Shown: positions 53,021 to 63,138, counted from the stretch's first letter. The stretch is 64,000 nucleotides of DNA from Salinispira sp. (GCA_965602015.1 OZ271918.1:2176001-2240000); one strand, 5' to 3'. The notes: generated from the sequence alone by a model not told the origin. Numbers and translations: made by a program.

Positions 53021-53855
53021 CCGCCGGATATTTTTGCCCCGCAGCGTCAACGACGCCACCACCATACTCCGCCAGTATCCGGGCATACTCGTTCTCGCCG
53101 GGGGGAGTGAAATTCAGCATTCCAGCCCCGGCGAACCGGTTATAAACCGCGATATTTTAGCGGTCCACAATATTGAAGAATTAAAGAGGATATACCGAAG
53201 CGACAGGATGCTGGAGATTGGCGCGGGGGTGACGTTGGAGCGGCTCAGCCGCTTCGGAGGGGATGTGGTGCCCAAGGGTCTGGCGGAGGCCATTCTCACC
53301 CAGCCCCATGCCCCGGTCCGGGGCATTGCGACCATCGGGGGGAACCTGTTGGTCCATCCCCGGTACTTCTCGTTGAGGCACTATCTCGCCCTGGTAGATG
53401 CCCAGGTGGAGCTCCGCAGGAGCGGGGGCAGCCGTTGGCTGTCGGTGGCCAGGCTGCGGGATGGGGATAACAACCCCCAGCTTCATCAGGAGCTGCTGAC
53501 GAAAATCCGCATCCCGGTTAACCAGTGGAGCCATCAGAATTTCCGCCGGTTTTACTCGGCGAAGCAGAACATCGATTACGGTTTTTGCGCCTTGGCCTCG
53601 GTGCATCGGGGCATTATCGAAGATATACGAATCGCCTATCTGTTCACCGGGCTTCAGAGCTACCGGAACCGGAACAGCGAATCTCAACTCATAGGCCGGC
53701 GCCTCCCCCTGCCGCAAAAGGATCTCAGGAACTACCTGAGCGATACCATCGGCGGATGGAAGAAATCAGAGCACTGGGAACACTCCGAACCCCTCATGCG
53801 CGACCGGCTGCGGAATCTCTCCGCATGGTTTATTCACAGTTTGAACAAATCCTGA
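53004..53855 (+). CDS. FAD-binding medium subunit (CoxM/XdhB-like)
   Basis: LAGGSE, EIGAGVTL, ATIGGNL, ELLTKIRIP. Confidence 0.85.
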   Translation: MRIADDRRIFLPRSVNDATTILRQYPGILVLAGGSEIQHSSPGEPVINRDILAVHNIEELKRIYRSDRMLEIGAGVTLERLSRFGGDVVPKGLAEAILTQPHAPVRGIATIGGNLLVHPRYFSLRHYLALVDAQVELRRSGGSRWLSVARLRDGDNNPQLHQELLTKIRIPVNQWSHQNFRRFYSAKQNIDYGFCALASVHRGIIEDIRIAYLFTGLQSYRNRNSESQLIGRRLPLPQKDLRNYLSDTIGGWKKSEHWEHSEPLMRDRLRNLSAWFIHSLNKS

Positions 53856-53877
53856 TATATCTATAGCGGGAGGGTTC

Positions 53878-56800
53878 ATGAAGGAATTCGTACATCTGCA
53901 CAACCACTCGGACTTCAGCCTGCTGCGAGCCACCAGCACGGTTTCCCGATTGGTAAAGCGGGCCTCCGAAATGAAGATGCCGGGAATAGCCCTGACCGAC
54001 GACGGCAACTTGTTCGGGGCCTACCGATTCTACCAGGAATGCGGCGGCGATGACCCTTCCATTAACCCGATCGTCGGTTGTGATTTTTTTATGGCAGCAG
54101 ACAGCCGGCACAACAAATCGATTACGGAAAATGCAAAGCAATACCAGCGGATAGTCCTTCTGGCCATGAGCGACGAGGGGTACCGGAACCTCATTGAGCT
54201 AAGCTCGGCGGGGTACACCGAGGGCTTTTATTACAAGCCGCGTATCGATAAGGAGCTTCTGCAAGCCCACTCGAAAGATGTCATCGCCCTCTCCGGGGGT
54301 CTGGGAGGCGAGATTCCCCAGCTGATCACCCGTGGCCGCCTCGATGAAGCCCGGGATGCCGCCGCATGGTACGCCCAGCTCTACGGACCGGAGAGATTCT
54401 ACCTGGAACTGACCAACCACGGAATTCCCGAGCAGCAGACGGTGAACCGGGCCCTGATCGGGATGTCCAAAGAGATGGGCATTCCCCTGGTGGCTACAAA
54501 CGATACCTACTATCTGGACAGGGACGATTCCCATGCCCACGATGTACTCTTGTGCATCGGCAACAAGCGCAAAATAAACGATCCGGGGAGATTTGAATTC
54601 AGCTCCGATCAGTTCTACTTCAAAAGCGCCGAGGAAATGTGGACTATTTTCGCTGACCATCCCGAAGCCCTGACAAACACGCTCAAAATCAACGAGATGT
54701 GCAATCTCAAAATGGAGCTGCCGGGCCCCCTGCTGCCTGACTACGACATTCCGCCGGAGTTCCCCGGTCCCGACGAATACCTGCGCCACCTGTCATTCGA
54801 GGGGCTGGCGATGCGTTACGGACAGATTAACGATGAACTGCGCGAGCGGATGAACTACGAGCTGGACACCATAATCAGCATGGGCTTTACCGGATACTTT
54901 CTCATTGTTTGGGACTTTATCCGCTATGCCAAGGACAATGACATCCCCGTAGGTCCCGGACGGGGTTCGGGAGCCGGAAGCATCGTCGCCTATGCCCTGG
55001 AAATAACCGACATTGACCCGATCAAATACGGCCTGCTTTTCGAGCGATTTTTGAACCCCGAGCGGGTGAGCATGCCTGACTTCGACATCGACTTCTGCTT
55101 CGAACGCCGGCAGGAGGTCATCGACTACGTCAACCGGAAATACGGCGAGGACAAGGTCGGCCAGATTATCACCTTCGGGACCCTCAAACCCAAGGCGGTC
55201 ATCCGCGACGTGGCCCGGGTTCTTGACTTTTCCTATGACGAGGCGGACCGCATAGCAAAACTCATTCCCGACAGCCCGAAAATCACCATTGAGAAGGCCC
55301 TGGAGGAAGAGCCCAAGTTGGCCGAACTCTACGAGAGCGGCGGGGGCTACCGGGAACTAATAGAAGTCAGCAGCAAGCTGCAGAAGTTGAACCGCCACGC
55401 CTCCACCCACGCAGCCGGAATTGTAATCGGCAAGGAAGAACTGACCCGCTACGTTCCCCTGTTCCGGGACCCAAAGACCGGAGCCATCTCCACCCAGTTC
55501 ACCATGGACCAACTGGAGGACAACGGCCTGGTGAAGATGGACTTCCTGGGGCTGAAGACCCTGACCCTGATCAAGAATACAGAAAAACTGCTCTCCCAGA
55601 AGGGCATTGCGGTAGACAGCGCCACGGTTCCCGAAGACGACGAAAAAACCTACGAGCTGCTTGGCCGGGGCCTGAGTTCGGCGGTCTTCCAGTTCGAATC
55701 GGAAGGCATGCAGAAAATCCTCAAGGACGCCAAACCCAGCTGCGTGGAGGACCTGATCGCCCTGAACGCCCTGTACCGCCCGGGTCCCATGGAAAACATT
55801 CCCCAGTTCATCGACTCCAAATGGGGCCGCAGCAGCATCAAGTATCCCCACCCCAGCCTCGAAGACGTGCTAAAAGAGACCTACGGGGTCATCGTCTACC
55901 AGGAACAGGTAATGGAAACCGTGCAAATCATCGGCGGTTTCAGCCTGGGAAAAGCGGACATTCTGCGGCGGGCCATGGGTAAGAAGAAAGAGAAGGACAT
56001 GGCCAGGATGCGGGTGGAGTACATGGAAGGCGCCGCAGCCCGGGACATTTCCCAACAGACCGCGGCGGATATATTTGAACTGCTTAAACCCTTCGCGGGT
56101 TACGGTTTCAACAAAAGCCATGCCGCCGCCTATTCGGTACTGGCGTATAAAACCGCCTACCTCAAGGCGAACTATCCCGCAGAGTTTATGGCGGCGAACC
56201 TGACCAACGAAATCGATCATCCAGATAAATTCGCCGACTACCTGGCGGAGGCCAAGGGAATAGGCATAGAAATCCGCCCCCCGAGCGTCAATGATTCGGA
56301 TAAGTACTTCACGGTGGTCGACGGGGCCATTGTGTTCGGCCTGATGGGAATCAAGGGCGTGGGTTCCTCGGCGGTCGACGAGATCCTGAATCAGCGCTCG
56401 GAAGGCGGCCGGTTCACCGATATGGAGGACTTCCTGGAACGGGTGGACACCCGCACGGTAAACCGGAGGACCCTCGAGCTGCTCATCCAGTGCGGGGCCT
56501 TCGATCAGATCTTCCCCAGCCGAAAAGGAATTATGGATCAGCTCGATCCCCTGCTGGAAGTCGCGCAAAGCAAGAAGGCCGGCCGTCAGTTCGGCCAAAC
56601 CGGGCTGTTCGACGACAGCCCCCAGGAAGAGTACCCGGAGGTCCGTCTGGACGACAGCCGGGAATACGAACTGCAGGAACTGTTGGGATGGGAGCGGGAA
56701 CTTATCGGATACTATTTCTCCGGGCATCCCATGGATAATTACCGGAGCCAGTGGGCCCGGGGCACCAGCCTGGATTTGGGCAATATCCAGAGGACCCAAA

Positions 56801-57480
56801 GCGACAAGCAGTACGCCGTAGTCGCCCTGGTAAAGCAATACCGGGTCGTGATGACCAAAAAAGGCAGCAAAATGAGCTTCGGCACCCTGGAAGATTACCG
56901 GGGAGAACTGGAGTTCGTCCTATTCCCCACCACATATGAGCAGTATTCCGAGGCGGTCCAGCCGGATATTATTATGGGTTTTGTGGGAAAGGTCGATCTT
57001 ACCCGGGACAAGCCCCAGCTGGTGGTCGATGAAATACGGGCCCCCGAGGACCTGGACCCCCAGGACAGCGGATCAATACACATCAGGCTCAAGGCTGACT
57101 CACTCAGGGAAGAAGACCTGGTCGGTCTGCGCAGCCTTATTAATGACAACCCCGGGGGCTGTCCGGTGTTCCTTCACTTGCCGGTGAGGGCATCCGCGGC
57201 ACAGGGTCCGGGACAGACCGAGGGCATCGCCCAATCACCGGCTGATCAATCATCAGCCGCCAACACATCGCCTGACCAATCGAGCCGCGGGGGAACACAA
57301 ACCGCAGTGGCACCCCCGGCGCCTAAGCGGGGAGAGGATCGGCGCTTCGAACGGGTAATACAGGTAACAAGCCATCTGCAGGCGAATTCTGCGGTTTTAT
57401 CCGAGATAAAAAATCATTACCTTGTAGAGAGCGCCTGGAAAGAATTTCTTAACACGCGAATCGATCACGAAGGAGCATAA
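53878..57480 (+). CDS. dnaE: DNA polymerase III alpha subunit
   Basis: GPGRGSGAGS, RVSMPDFDIDF, VKMDFLGL, FAGYGFNKSHAAAY. Confidence 0.98.
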   Translation: MKEFVHLHNHSDFSLLRATSTVSRLVKRASEMKMPGIALTDDGNLFGAYRFYQECGGDDPSINPIVGCDFFMAADSRHNKSITENAKQYQRIVLLAMSDEGYRNLIELSSAGYTEGFYYKPRIDKELLQAHSKDVIALSGGLGGEIPQLITRGRLDEARDAAAWYAQLYGPERFYLELTNHGIPEQQTVNRALIGMSKEMGIPLVATNDTYYLDRDDSHAHDVLLCIGNKRKINDPGRFEFSSDQFYFKSAEEMWTIFADHPEALTNTLKINEMCNLKMELPGPLLPDYDIPPEFPGPDEYLRHLSFEGLAMRYGQINDELRERMNYELDTIISMGFTGYFLIVWDFIRYAKDNDIPVGPGRGSGAGSIVAYALEITDIDPIKYGLLFERFLNPERVSMPDFDIDFCFERRQEVIDYVNRKYGEDKVGQIITFGTLKPKAVIRDVARVLDFSYDEADRIAKLIPDSPKITIEKALEEEPKLAELYESGGGYRELIEVSSKLQKLNRHASTHAAGIVIGKEELTRYVPLFRDPKTGAISTQFTMDQLEDNGLVKMDFLGLKTLTLIKNTEKLLSQKGIAVDSATVPEDDEKTYELLGRGLSSAVFQFESEGMQKILKDAKPSCVEDLIALNALYRPGPMENIPQFIDSKWGRSSIKYPHPSLEDVLKETYGVIVYQEQVMETVQIIGGFSLGKADILRRAMGKKKEKDMARMRVEYMEGAAARDISQQTAADIFELLKPFAGYGFNKSHAAAYSVLAYKTAYLKANYPAEFMAANLTNEIDHPDKFADYLAEAKGIGIEIRPPSVNDSDKYFTVVDGAIVFGLMGIKGVGSSAVDEILNQRSEGGRFTDMEDFLERVDTRTVNRRTLELLIQCGAFDQIFPSRKGIMDQLDPLLEVAQSKKAGRQFGQTGLFDDSPQEEYPEVRLDDSREYELQELLGWERELIGYYFSGHPMDNYRSQWARGTSLDLGNIQRTQSDKQYAVVALVKQYRVVMTKKGSKMSFGTLEDYRGELEFVLFPTTYEQYSEAVQPDIIMGFVGKVDLTRDKPQLVVDEIRAPEDLDPQDSGSIHIRLKADSLREEDLVGLRSLINDNPGGCPVFLHLPVRASAAQGPGQTEGIAQSPADQSSAANTSPDQSSRGGTQTAVAPPAPKRGEDRRFERVIQVTSHLQANSAVLSEIKNHYLVESAWKEFLNTRIDHEGA

Positions 57481-57484
57481 ACGC

Positions 57485-58075
57485 ATGAATTTTTTCGATA
57501 TTTTCCGCATTCTCGGGGTGCTCATCGACGTATATCTGCTGGTCATTATCGTCCGCATCCTGCTCTCATGGTTTGGCCAGTCGCTCAATGTTGAGGGACT
57601 GAGAATAATCTATCAAATCACCGACCCCTACCTGAATTTGTTTCGCAGAATTCGATGGATGAGAATCGGTTTTCTCGACCTGAGTCCCCTGTTGGGCATC
57701 TACGTCCTGATTTTTGCCTCGACCCTGTTCAAACGATTCGGTTTTGGGGATATTTCGGTGGCAATTACCCTGTACACCCTGGTTGAGACCCTGCTGACCG
57801 GTGTCAGCTCCATAATTTCGCTGTTTGCCATTGTTACCCTCATCCGCATCGTCGGGCTGTTCATTCGGGCCAGCTCCATAGAAGAACTGTGGTTCCGCCT
57901 CGACGCCTTTTTGCAGCCCCTGGTTTTGCGCTTTATCAAGCTTTTCGCGCCCCACAGCAGCCTGCCCTACGGCAGCGCCCTTGGAATTTTCCTGGCGGCC
58001 TGCTTCATCTCATCGCTGGGGCTGCGGCTGCTTATGGTTCCCGCCGGAAGGCTCATCGCAGCCATTCCGTTCTGA
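57485..58075 (+). CDS. YggT family membrane protein
   Basis: RILLSW, QITDPYL, DLSPL. Confidence 0.88.
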   Translation: MNFFDIFRILGVLIDVYLLVIIVRILLSWFGQSLNVEGLRIIYQITDPYLNLFRRIRWMRIGFLDLSPLLGIYVLIFASTLFKRFGFGDISVAITLYTLVETLLTGVSSIISLFAIVTLIRIVGLFIRASSIEELWFRLDAFLQPLVLRFIKLFAPHSSLPYGSALGIFLAACFISSLGLRLLMVPAGRLIAAIPF

Positions 58076-58088
58076 TCCGGCTTTAGCC

Positions 58089-60245
58089 GTGTCGAGAGAA
58101 AAACTCAGCGCCCTGGGCGGGCGGATAAGCAGACCGGATTTTGAGCCGTCTCTGAAAGACGTCCGCGGGCTGGGACCCGCCCGTAGTAAGCTTTTGAACA
58201 AGGCGGGGATTTTTAGCCCCGTCGACCTCCTGCTTCACCTCCCCCGAAATTACGATGACAGACGCACTCCGGTCACCCTCGGGGATCTGTATTCGAAGCA
58301 GGGCAGCGGGAGGGCGTGCACCGAGGTGGTGGTCATCGCCCAGGAGTATTTTTTCGCCCGAGGGCGAAGGGTTCCGAAAATCTGGGTTGAGGATTCCCCC
58401 CGGGACGCCGGCGGACCGGCCCCGTCCAGAGTAATCGGGCGGGCTTCCCTTCTGCTGTTCGGACGACCCTTCCTCGCAAAACAGATGCTGCCTGGGAGCC
58501 GGTGGCTGTTGGCGGCAACGGTGAACATAAAGTTCGGGGAGCTTCAAAGCTCCTCGTTTGAAATCGCAAAAATCACCGAGGGACAAGAGGGGGCCTCAAG
58601 CCGGGCGGAAGACTTTTTCCGGATATCGCCGGTCTACCCCCGGGTAGAGGGCATCTCGGGCTCGCTCCTTAAAGGGTACATTCAAAAAGCCGCAGATTTA
58701 CTGTTGCCCTCACTGGAGGACGATCCCCAGATGAGAGGCGGGGCCTTTGTTTCAGACCTTCGGGAGCTGGGCCTTCCGGACCTATCACAGGCTCTAAAAA
58801 CCCTTCATTACCCGGAAAATCCCGATGATATTCGCCCGGCCCGCCGTCGCCTCGCCTATGCCGAGCTTCAGCATTTTATTCTCCAGCAACGGCGGTCCTC
58901 ACAGGCTGCTGAACCGGCCGCCGAACCGGCGGGAGGGCAAATCACACCCAGCAATAGGGATACCAGCGGGGGTCTGACGGGAGCTCAACGGCAACTGCGC
59001 GCCTCACTGCCCTTCGAGCTCACCGGAGACCAGCTGCGGGCTGTGGAAGAAATCAATGCCGACCTGGCCGCCGGTGGGATGCAGCGTCTGCTTCAGGGCG
59101 ATGTGGGGAGCGGCAAAACCCTGGTCGCCCTGTTGGCCGCCCTATTTGCGGTGGAGTCCGGCGGCCAGGTCGCCCTCATGGTTCCCACAGAGATTCTCGC
59201 CCGCCAGCACTTTAAAAAGATAGGCCTCCTGGTGGGGAATCTCGAGCGTTTTAGGGGCGACGGCCCGTTCCGGGCGGTCCTTCGGCTGCTTACCGCCGCA
59301 TTGTCACCGGAGGAGCAGAAAGCCGCCAGGGAAGACATGAAGACCGGAGTCCCGGGAATCTACCTTGGCACCCACAGTCTGTTTTCCACGAAGGTGGAAT
59401 TCGCAGACCTGCGGCTGGTGATAATCGACGAGCAGCACCGCTTCGGCGTCAACCAGAGGGCCCAGCTTCGTAGCAAGGCCCAATGCGACAATATCCTGAT
59501 GCTCAGCGCCACCCCCATCCCCCGCACCTTGACCCTGACCATTTTCGGTAATATGTCGGTGTCGACGATACGAAACATGCCCAGAGGCAGGAAACCGATA
59601 ATTACCCACCTTGCAGCCCTGGGAAAAGAGGAAAAGGTCTACAAGGCGATTGAGCAGCGCTTGAATGCCGGCGAACAGTCGTATTTCGTCTACCCCCGCA
59701 TTGAAGACCCCGAGGATGATGACGATGCGGGGACACGGGGGGGATTAAAAAGCGCCGAGGGCATGCTGGATGAACTGCGGCAGCGGTTCCCCGGACGGCG
59801 CATCGGCCTGGTCCACGGACGCCTCGACGCCGAACAGCGGGAAGAAACCATGGATGGCTTTGCCTCCGGAGAGATTGACGTTTTGGTCGCCACCACGGTC
59901 ATCGAGGTCGGAGTGGATGTTCCCCGGGCCAGCGCAATCGTCATTGAACACGCCGAGCGCTTCGGACTCTCGGCCCTCCATCAGCTTCGGGGCCGGGTGG
60001 GACGGGGGGAACTTCAAAGTTATTGCTATCTTGTGTATGATCCCCAGGTCGGCGAAGACGGGAAAAACCGGCTTATGGCCATGAAGAACAGTACCGACGG
60101 ATTCGCAATCGCCGAGGAAGACCTGCGGATTCGCGGTCCGGGAAATATCAGCGGAGTGGAGCAATCGGGCTATCTCGAGCTGGAATTCGCCTCGCTGTAC
60201 GACGACCTCGATTTGATTGAGGAACTTTCCAGGAGAATGCCATGA
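58089..60245 (+). CDS. recG: ATP-dependent DNA helicase RecG (GTG start inferred)
   Basis: LLQGDVGSGKT, IDEQHRFGV, SATPIPRT, QLRGRVGRG, DLRIRGPG. Confidence 0.96.
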   Translation: MSREKLSALGGRISRPDFEPSLKDVRGLGPARSKLLNKAGIFSPVDLLLHLPRNYDDRRTPVTLGDLYSKQGSGRACTEVVVIAQEYFFARGRRVPKIWVEDSPRDAGGPAPSRVIGRASLLLFGRPFLAKQMLPGSRWLLAATVNIKFGELQSSSFEIAKITEGQEGASSRAEDFFRISPVYPRVEGISGSLLKGYIQKAADLLLPSLEDDPQMRGGAFVSDLRELGLPDLSQALKTLHYPENPDDIRPARRRLAYAELQHFILQQRRSSQAAEPAAEPAGGQITPSNRDTSGGLTGAQRQLRASLPFELTGDQLRAVEEINADLAAGGMQRLLQGDVGSGKTLVALLAALFAVESGGQVALMVPTEILARQHFKKIGLLVGNLERFRGDGPFRAVLRLLTAALSPEEQKAAREDMKTGVPGIYLGTHSLFSTKVEFADLRLVIIDEQHRFGVNQRAQLRSKAQCDNILMLSATPIPRTLTLTIFGNMSVSTIRNMPRGRKPIITHLAALGKEEKVYKAIEQRLNAGEQSYFVYPRIEDPEDDDDAGTRGGLKSAEGMLDELRQRFPGRRIGLVHGRLDAEQREETMDGFASGEIDVLVATTVIEVGVDVPRASAIVIEHAERFGLSALHQLRGRVGRGELQSYCYLVYDPQVGEDGKNRLMAMKNSTDGFAIAEEDLRIRGPGNISGVEQSGYLELEFASLYDDLDLIEELSRRMP

Positions 60246-60805
60246 GAATCACCGGCGGGAAGTACAAGGGCCGAAACATAAGCTGTCCGCCGGGAACCAT
60301 CCGCCCCGCCATGGACCGCATGAGGGAGAGCCTGTTCTCGGCCCTGGGCCCAATAGAAGGCCTTTCCTTCCTGGATCTGTTCAGCGGCTCGGGGACGATC
60401 GCCCTGGAGGCGGCCAGCCGGGGCGCGCGGCGGGTGCACTCGGTGGAGAAAGATCCGCGCAAGCGCCGGATAATCAGCCAGAACTTGGAAATAGCCGGCG
60501 ATGTCTGCTCGGTGAGTTACAGTCCCGTCGAGCGGTTCATTCTGAAGCGTCAGGAGCGTTTCGACCTGGTGTTTCTGGACCCGCCGTTTCCCTATAAGCA
60601 CAAAAACGATCTACTTCAAAAGCTCATCGACTCGGCACTGGTCGCCGAGGGAAGCGAGGTGCTGCTTCATTTTCCCTCGGAGAATACTATAGCCGATACA
60701 TTCCGTTCAACGGACGGGAAGTTGGTAATGACGCGATACAAACAGAAAGAATACGGGCGCTCGATGGTGAATTTCTATCGGGTTGGCCCGCAGGAGGACA
60801 TGTGA
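60242..60805 (+). CDS. rsmD: 16S rRNA m2G966 methyltransferase
   Basis: MRITGG, RESLF, LDLFSGSG, FLDPPF. Confidence 0.93.
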   Translation: MRITGGKYKGRNISCPPGTIRPAMDRMRESLFSALGPIEGLSFLDLFSGSGTIALEAASRGARRVHSVEKDPRKRRIISQNLEIAGDVCSVSYSPVERFILKRQERFDLVFLDPPFPYKHKNDLLQKLIDSALVAEGSEVLLHFPSENTIADTFRSTDGKLVMTRYKQKEYGRSMVNFYRVGPQEDM

Positions 60806-61932
60806 ACAGCAAGGCCCTGCTCCAGCTTCCGCCGGGCTCCGCCGGTCTCTTCCTTGAGGAAGCCGCAGCCCATCAGGAAGCCATTGACGCTACTAACCGC
60901 CTTTTCGCCCGTTGGGGCTACACCATGGTCCACACTCCCATGGTCGACTTCTTCGATGCCCACAGTCATATGATCGGCGAAGACGAGCAGCACCGGCTCT
61001 ACCGGCTCATCGGCCGCGACGGGGAGGTGCTTATGCTCCGGGCGGACATTACGGTATTCCTGTTGAAGCATTTTCAGAGTCTGTTAAAAGGCGCGGATTT
61101 TCCCCTGCGACTTTCATACTCGGACAGCATCCTGCGCCACGAGGAAAGCATTGATATCTCCCGCAACGAGCATTACCAGGCCGGCGCCGAACTGATCGGT
61201 GCCGAAGGCCGGGACGGTGACGGGGAGATACTGCTGCTGCTCTGTGAGAATCTCGAAACACTGGGAATCGGCCGTTCGGCCATTCACATAGGAATCCGGG
61301 GCATACTGGATGCCTGCTTCCCGAAATTGGCCGGGGATACCGGCAGTCAGGAAGGGGCGGCTCTTCTGGCGGCAGTAGCCGACCGTCAGCACGACGAGCT
61401 GTACGCCCTCATGAGCTCAGCAAGCGATGGAAGGCCGGAAAGCCTGTATTCCCCGGCAGCCGACCCACAGGAAATCGTCTCTCTCTTTTCCGCGATAGCC
61501 GATGCCGGAAGTCCTGAGGAGCTGGCGGGCATTGGTGACTGCGGCCTCGCCGAAATCCGCCGGGAACTGAATTACCTTGAAGATCTGGCCGGTCTTGTGC
61601 GGAGCTATTTTCCCCGCCAGGAGATCCGCATCGATCCTTCGGAAGTGGGCCGGCGCCATTACTATTCCGGGCTGGCTTTCCAGGTATATCTGCCCGAACT
61701 GCCGAACGCAGTGGCCTCGGGTGGGCGCTACGACCGGCTGATCGCTGAAATGGGAATGGAAAACGGCGCGGTTGGCTATCAGGTTATGCTCAGCGCCCTG
61801 CAGGGTCCGGCAGCCAAGGCCGGAGGCGGGGTGGCACAGCGGCTGCCGAAAGCCCTGGCAAACGCACGCCTCGAAGATCGCTACGAAACGGCGCGCAGGC
61901 TTCGCCGAGAGGGAAAAAACATATGTCTGTAG
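60802..61932 (+). CDS. hisZ: ATP phosphoribosyltransferase regulatory subunit
   Basis: LRADIT, EHYQAGAELIG, YYSGLAF, SGGRYDRL; next to a short hisG. Confidence 0.9.
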   Translation: MNSKALLQLPPGSAGLFLEEAAAHQEAIDATNRLFARWGYTMVHTPMVDFFDAHSHMIGEDEQHRLYRLIGRDGEVLMLRADITVFLLKHFQSLLKGADFPLRLSYSDSILRHEESIDISRNEHYQAGAELIGAEGRDGDGEILLLLCENLETLGIGRSAIHIGIRGILDACFPKLAGDTGSQEGAALLAAVADRQHDELYALMSSASDGRPESLYSPAADPQEIVSLFSAIADAGSPEELAGIGDCGLAEIRRELNYLEDLAGLVRSYFPRQEIRIDPSEVGRRHYYSGLAFQVYLPELPNAVASGGRYDRLIAEMGMENGAVGYQVMLSALQGPAAKAGGGVAQRLPKALANARLEDRYETARRLRREGKNICL

Positions 61933-62564
61933 CAAAAAATGGCGATGTGCTCAGTTTCGCCCTCCCCAAGGGACGCCTTCAGGAACAGGTCCAGGAGTAT
62001 TTTTCCAGAGCGGGCATTGAGTTCGCATTTGAAAAACGCAAGCTTGTCGCCCGGGACTCCGAGGGAAAGATGGAATTCCTCCTGGTAAAAAATGCCGATC
62101 TGCCGACCTACGTGCAACACGGAATCGCCGGATTGGGAGTCTGCGGGGAAGATGTGTTGTACGAGGCGGGTTTTCGGCTTAACCGGCTGATGGAACTGCC
62201 CTTTGGGAGCACAAAAATGTGCCTCGCCGGACCAAAGGGCAGCGGCATAGATCTGTCGGAGAGGGGGCTCAAGGTTGCCACCAAATTCACCCGGTTCACC
62301 CGCGACTATTTCCATTCCCAGAACGTTCCGGTGGAAATGGTCAAACTCAATGGTTCGGTTGAGCTGGCTCCGGTGCTCGGATTGACCCCGTATATTGTCG
62401 ATCTCGTGGAAACCGGATCGACCCTGAAGGCGAATAATCTGGAAGTAATCCAGGAATTAAGCCCCATTGCGGTGCACATCGTGGCTAATCCCGCGTACTA
62501 TAAGTATCACTACCGGAAAATCCAGGATTTTATCCGCAGAATCAGGAATATCGAACATGCGTAA
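61923..62564 (+). CDS. hisG: ATP phosphoribosyltransferase (short form)
   Basis: ALPKGR, VATKF, KLNGSVELAP, IVDLVETGSTL. Confidence 0.96.
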   Translation: MSVAKNGDVLSFALPKGRLQEQVQEYFSRAGIEFAFEKRKLVARDSEGKMEFLLVKNADLPTYVQHGIAGLGVCGEDVLYEAGFRLNRLMELPFGSTKMCLAGPKGSGIDLSERGLKVATKFTRFTRDYFHSQNVPVEMVKLNGSVELAPVLGLTPYIVDLVETGSTLKANNLEVIQELSPIAVHIVANPAYYKYHYRKIQDFIRRIRNIEHA

Positions 62565-63138
62565 ACAGACAATTACCCGCAACACCGCGGAAACAACAAT
62601 CAGCCTCAACATCGATCCGGACGAGCGACAGCGGTCAAAAATAACCATGCCTCTTCCGTTTTTCGCCCACATGCTCAATGCCATGGCATGGCACGGAGGC
62701 TTCACCCTTGAGATCGAGGCTGACGGCGATGTGCACGTGGATCCTCATCACCTGGTAGAGGATGTGGGGATTGTGCTCGGACAGGCGCTGGCCGGCATAC
62801 TCAAGAACGGAGCCGTCGCCCGCTACGGAAACGCAAGCATACCCATGGACGATGCTTTGAGCCAGGCGGTGGTAGATGCGGCAAACCGTCCCTACCTGGT
62901 ATACAAAGCGGAGTTTCCCCAGGCGTACAGCGGAAATTTCGACATGAGCCTGTTCAGGGAATTTTTTTATGCCCTGGCCCACAATGCCAGGATAAATCTC
63001 CACCTGATATGCCACTACGGCGAGAACAGCCATCATATGATTGAAGCGCTGTTCAAGGCTCTGGGAAAGGCCCTGGCCCAGGCCTACCAGGCAACCGATG
63101 GCGGTGCGGCGGAAATGTCCACCAAAGAGGCAATGTAA
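62557..63138 (+). CDS. hisB: Imidazoleglycerol-phosphate dehydratase
   Basis: RNTAET, HHLVEDVG, PMDD, NSHHMIEALFKA. Confidence 0.96.
   Translation: MRKQTITRNTAETTISLNIDPDERQRSKITMPLPFFAHMLNAMAWHGGFTLEIEADGDVHVDPHHLVEDVGIVLGQALAGILKNGAVARYGNASIPMDDALSQAVVDAANRPYLVYKAEFPQAYSGNFDMSLFREFFYALAHNARINLHLICHYGENSHHMIEALFKALGKALAQAYQATDGGAAEMSTKEAM

Noticed and set aside
53878..57480. Intein in DnaE
   Set aside because: Length is near normal, with no C/S..HN splice motifs or LAGLIDADG domain.
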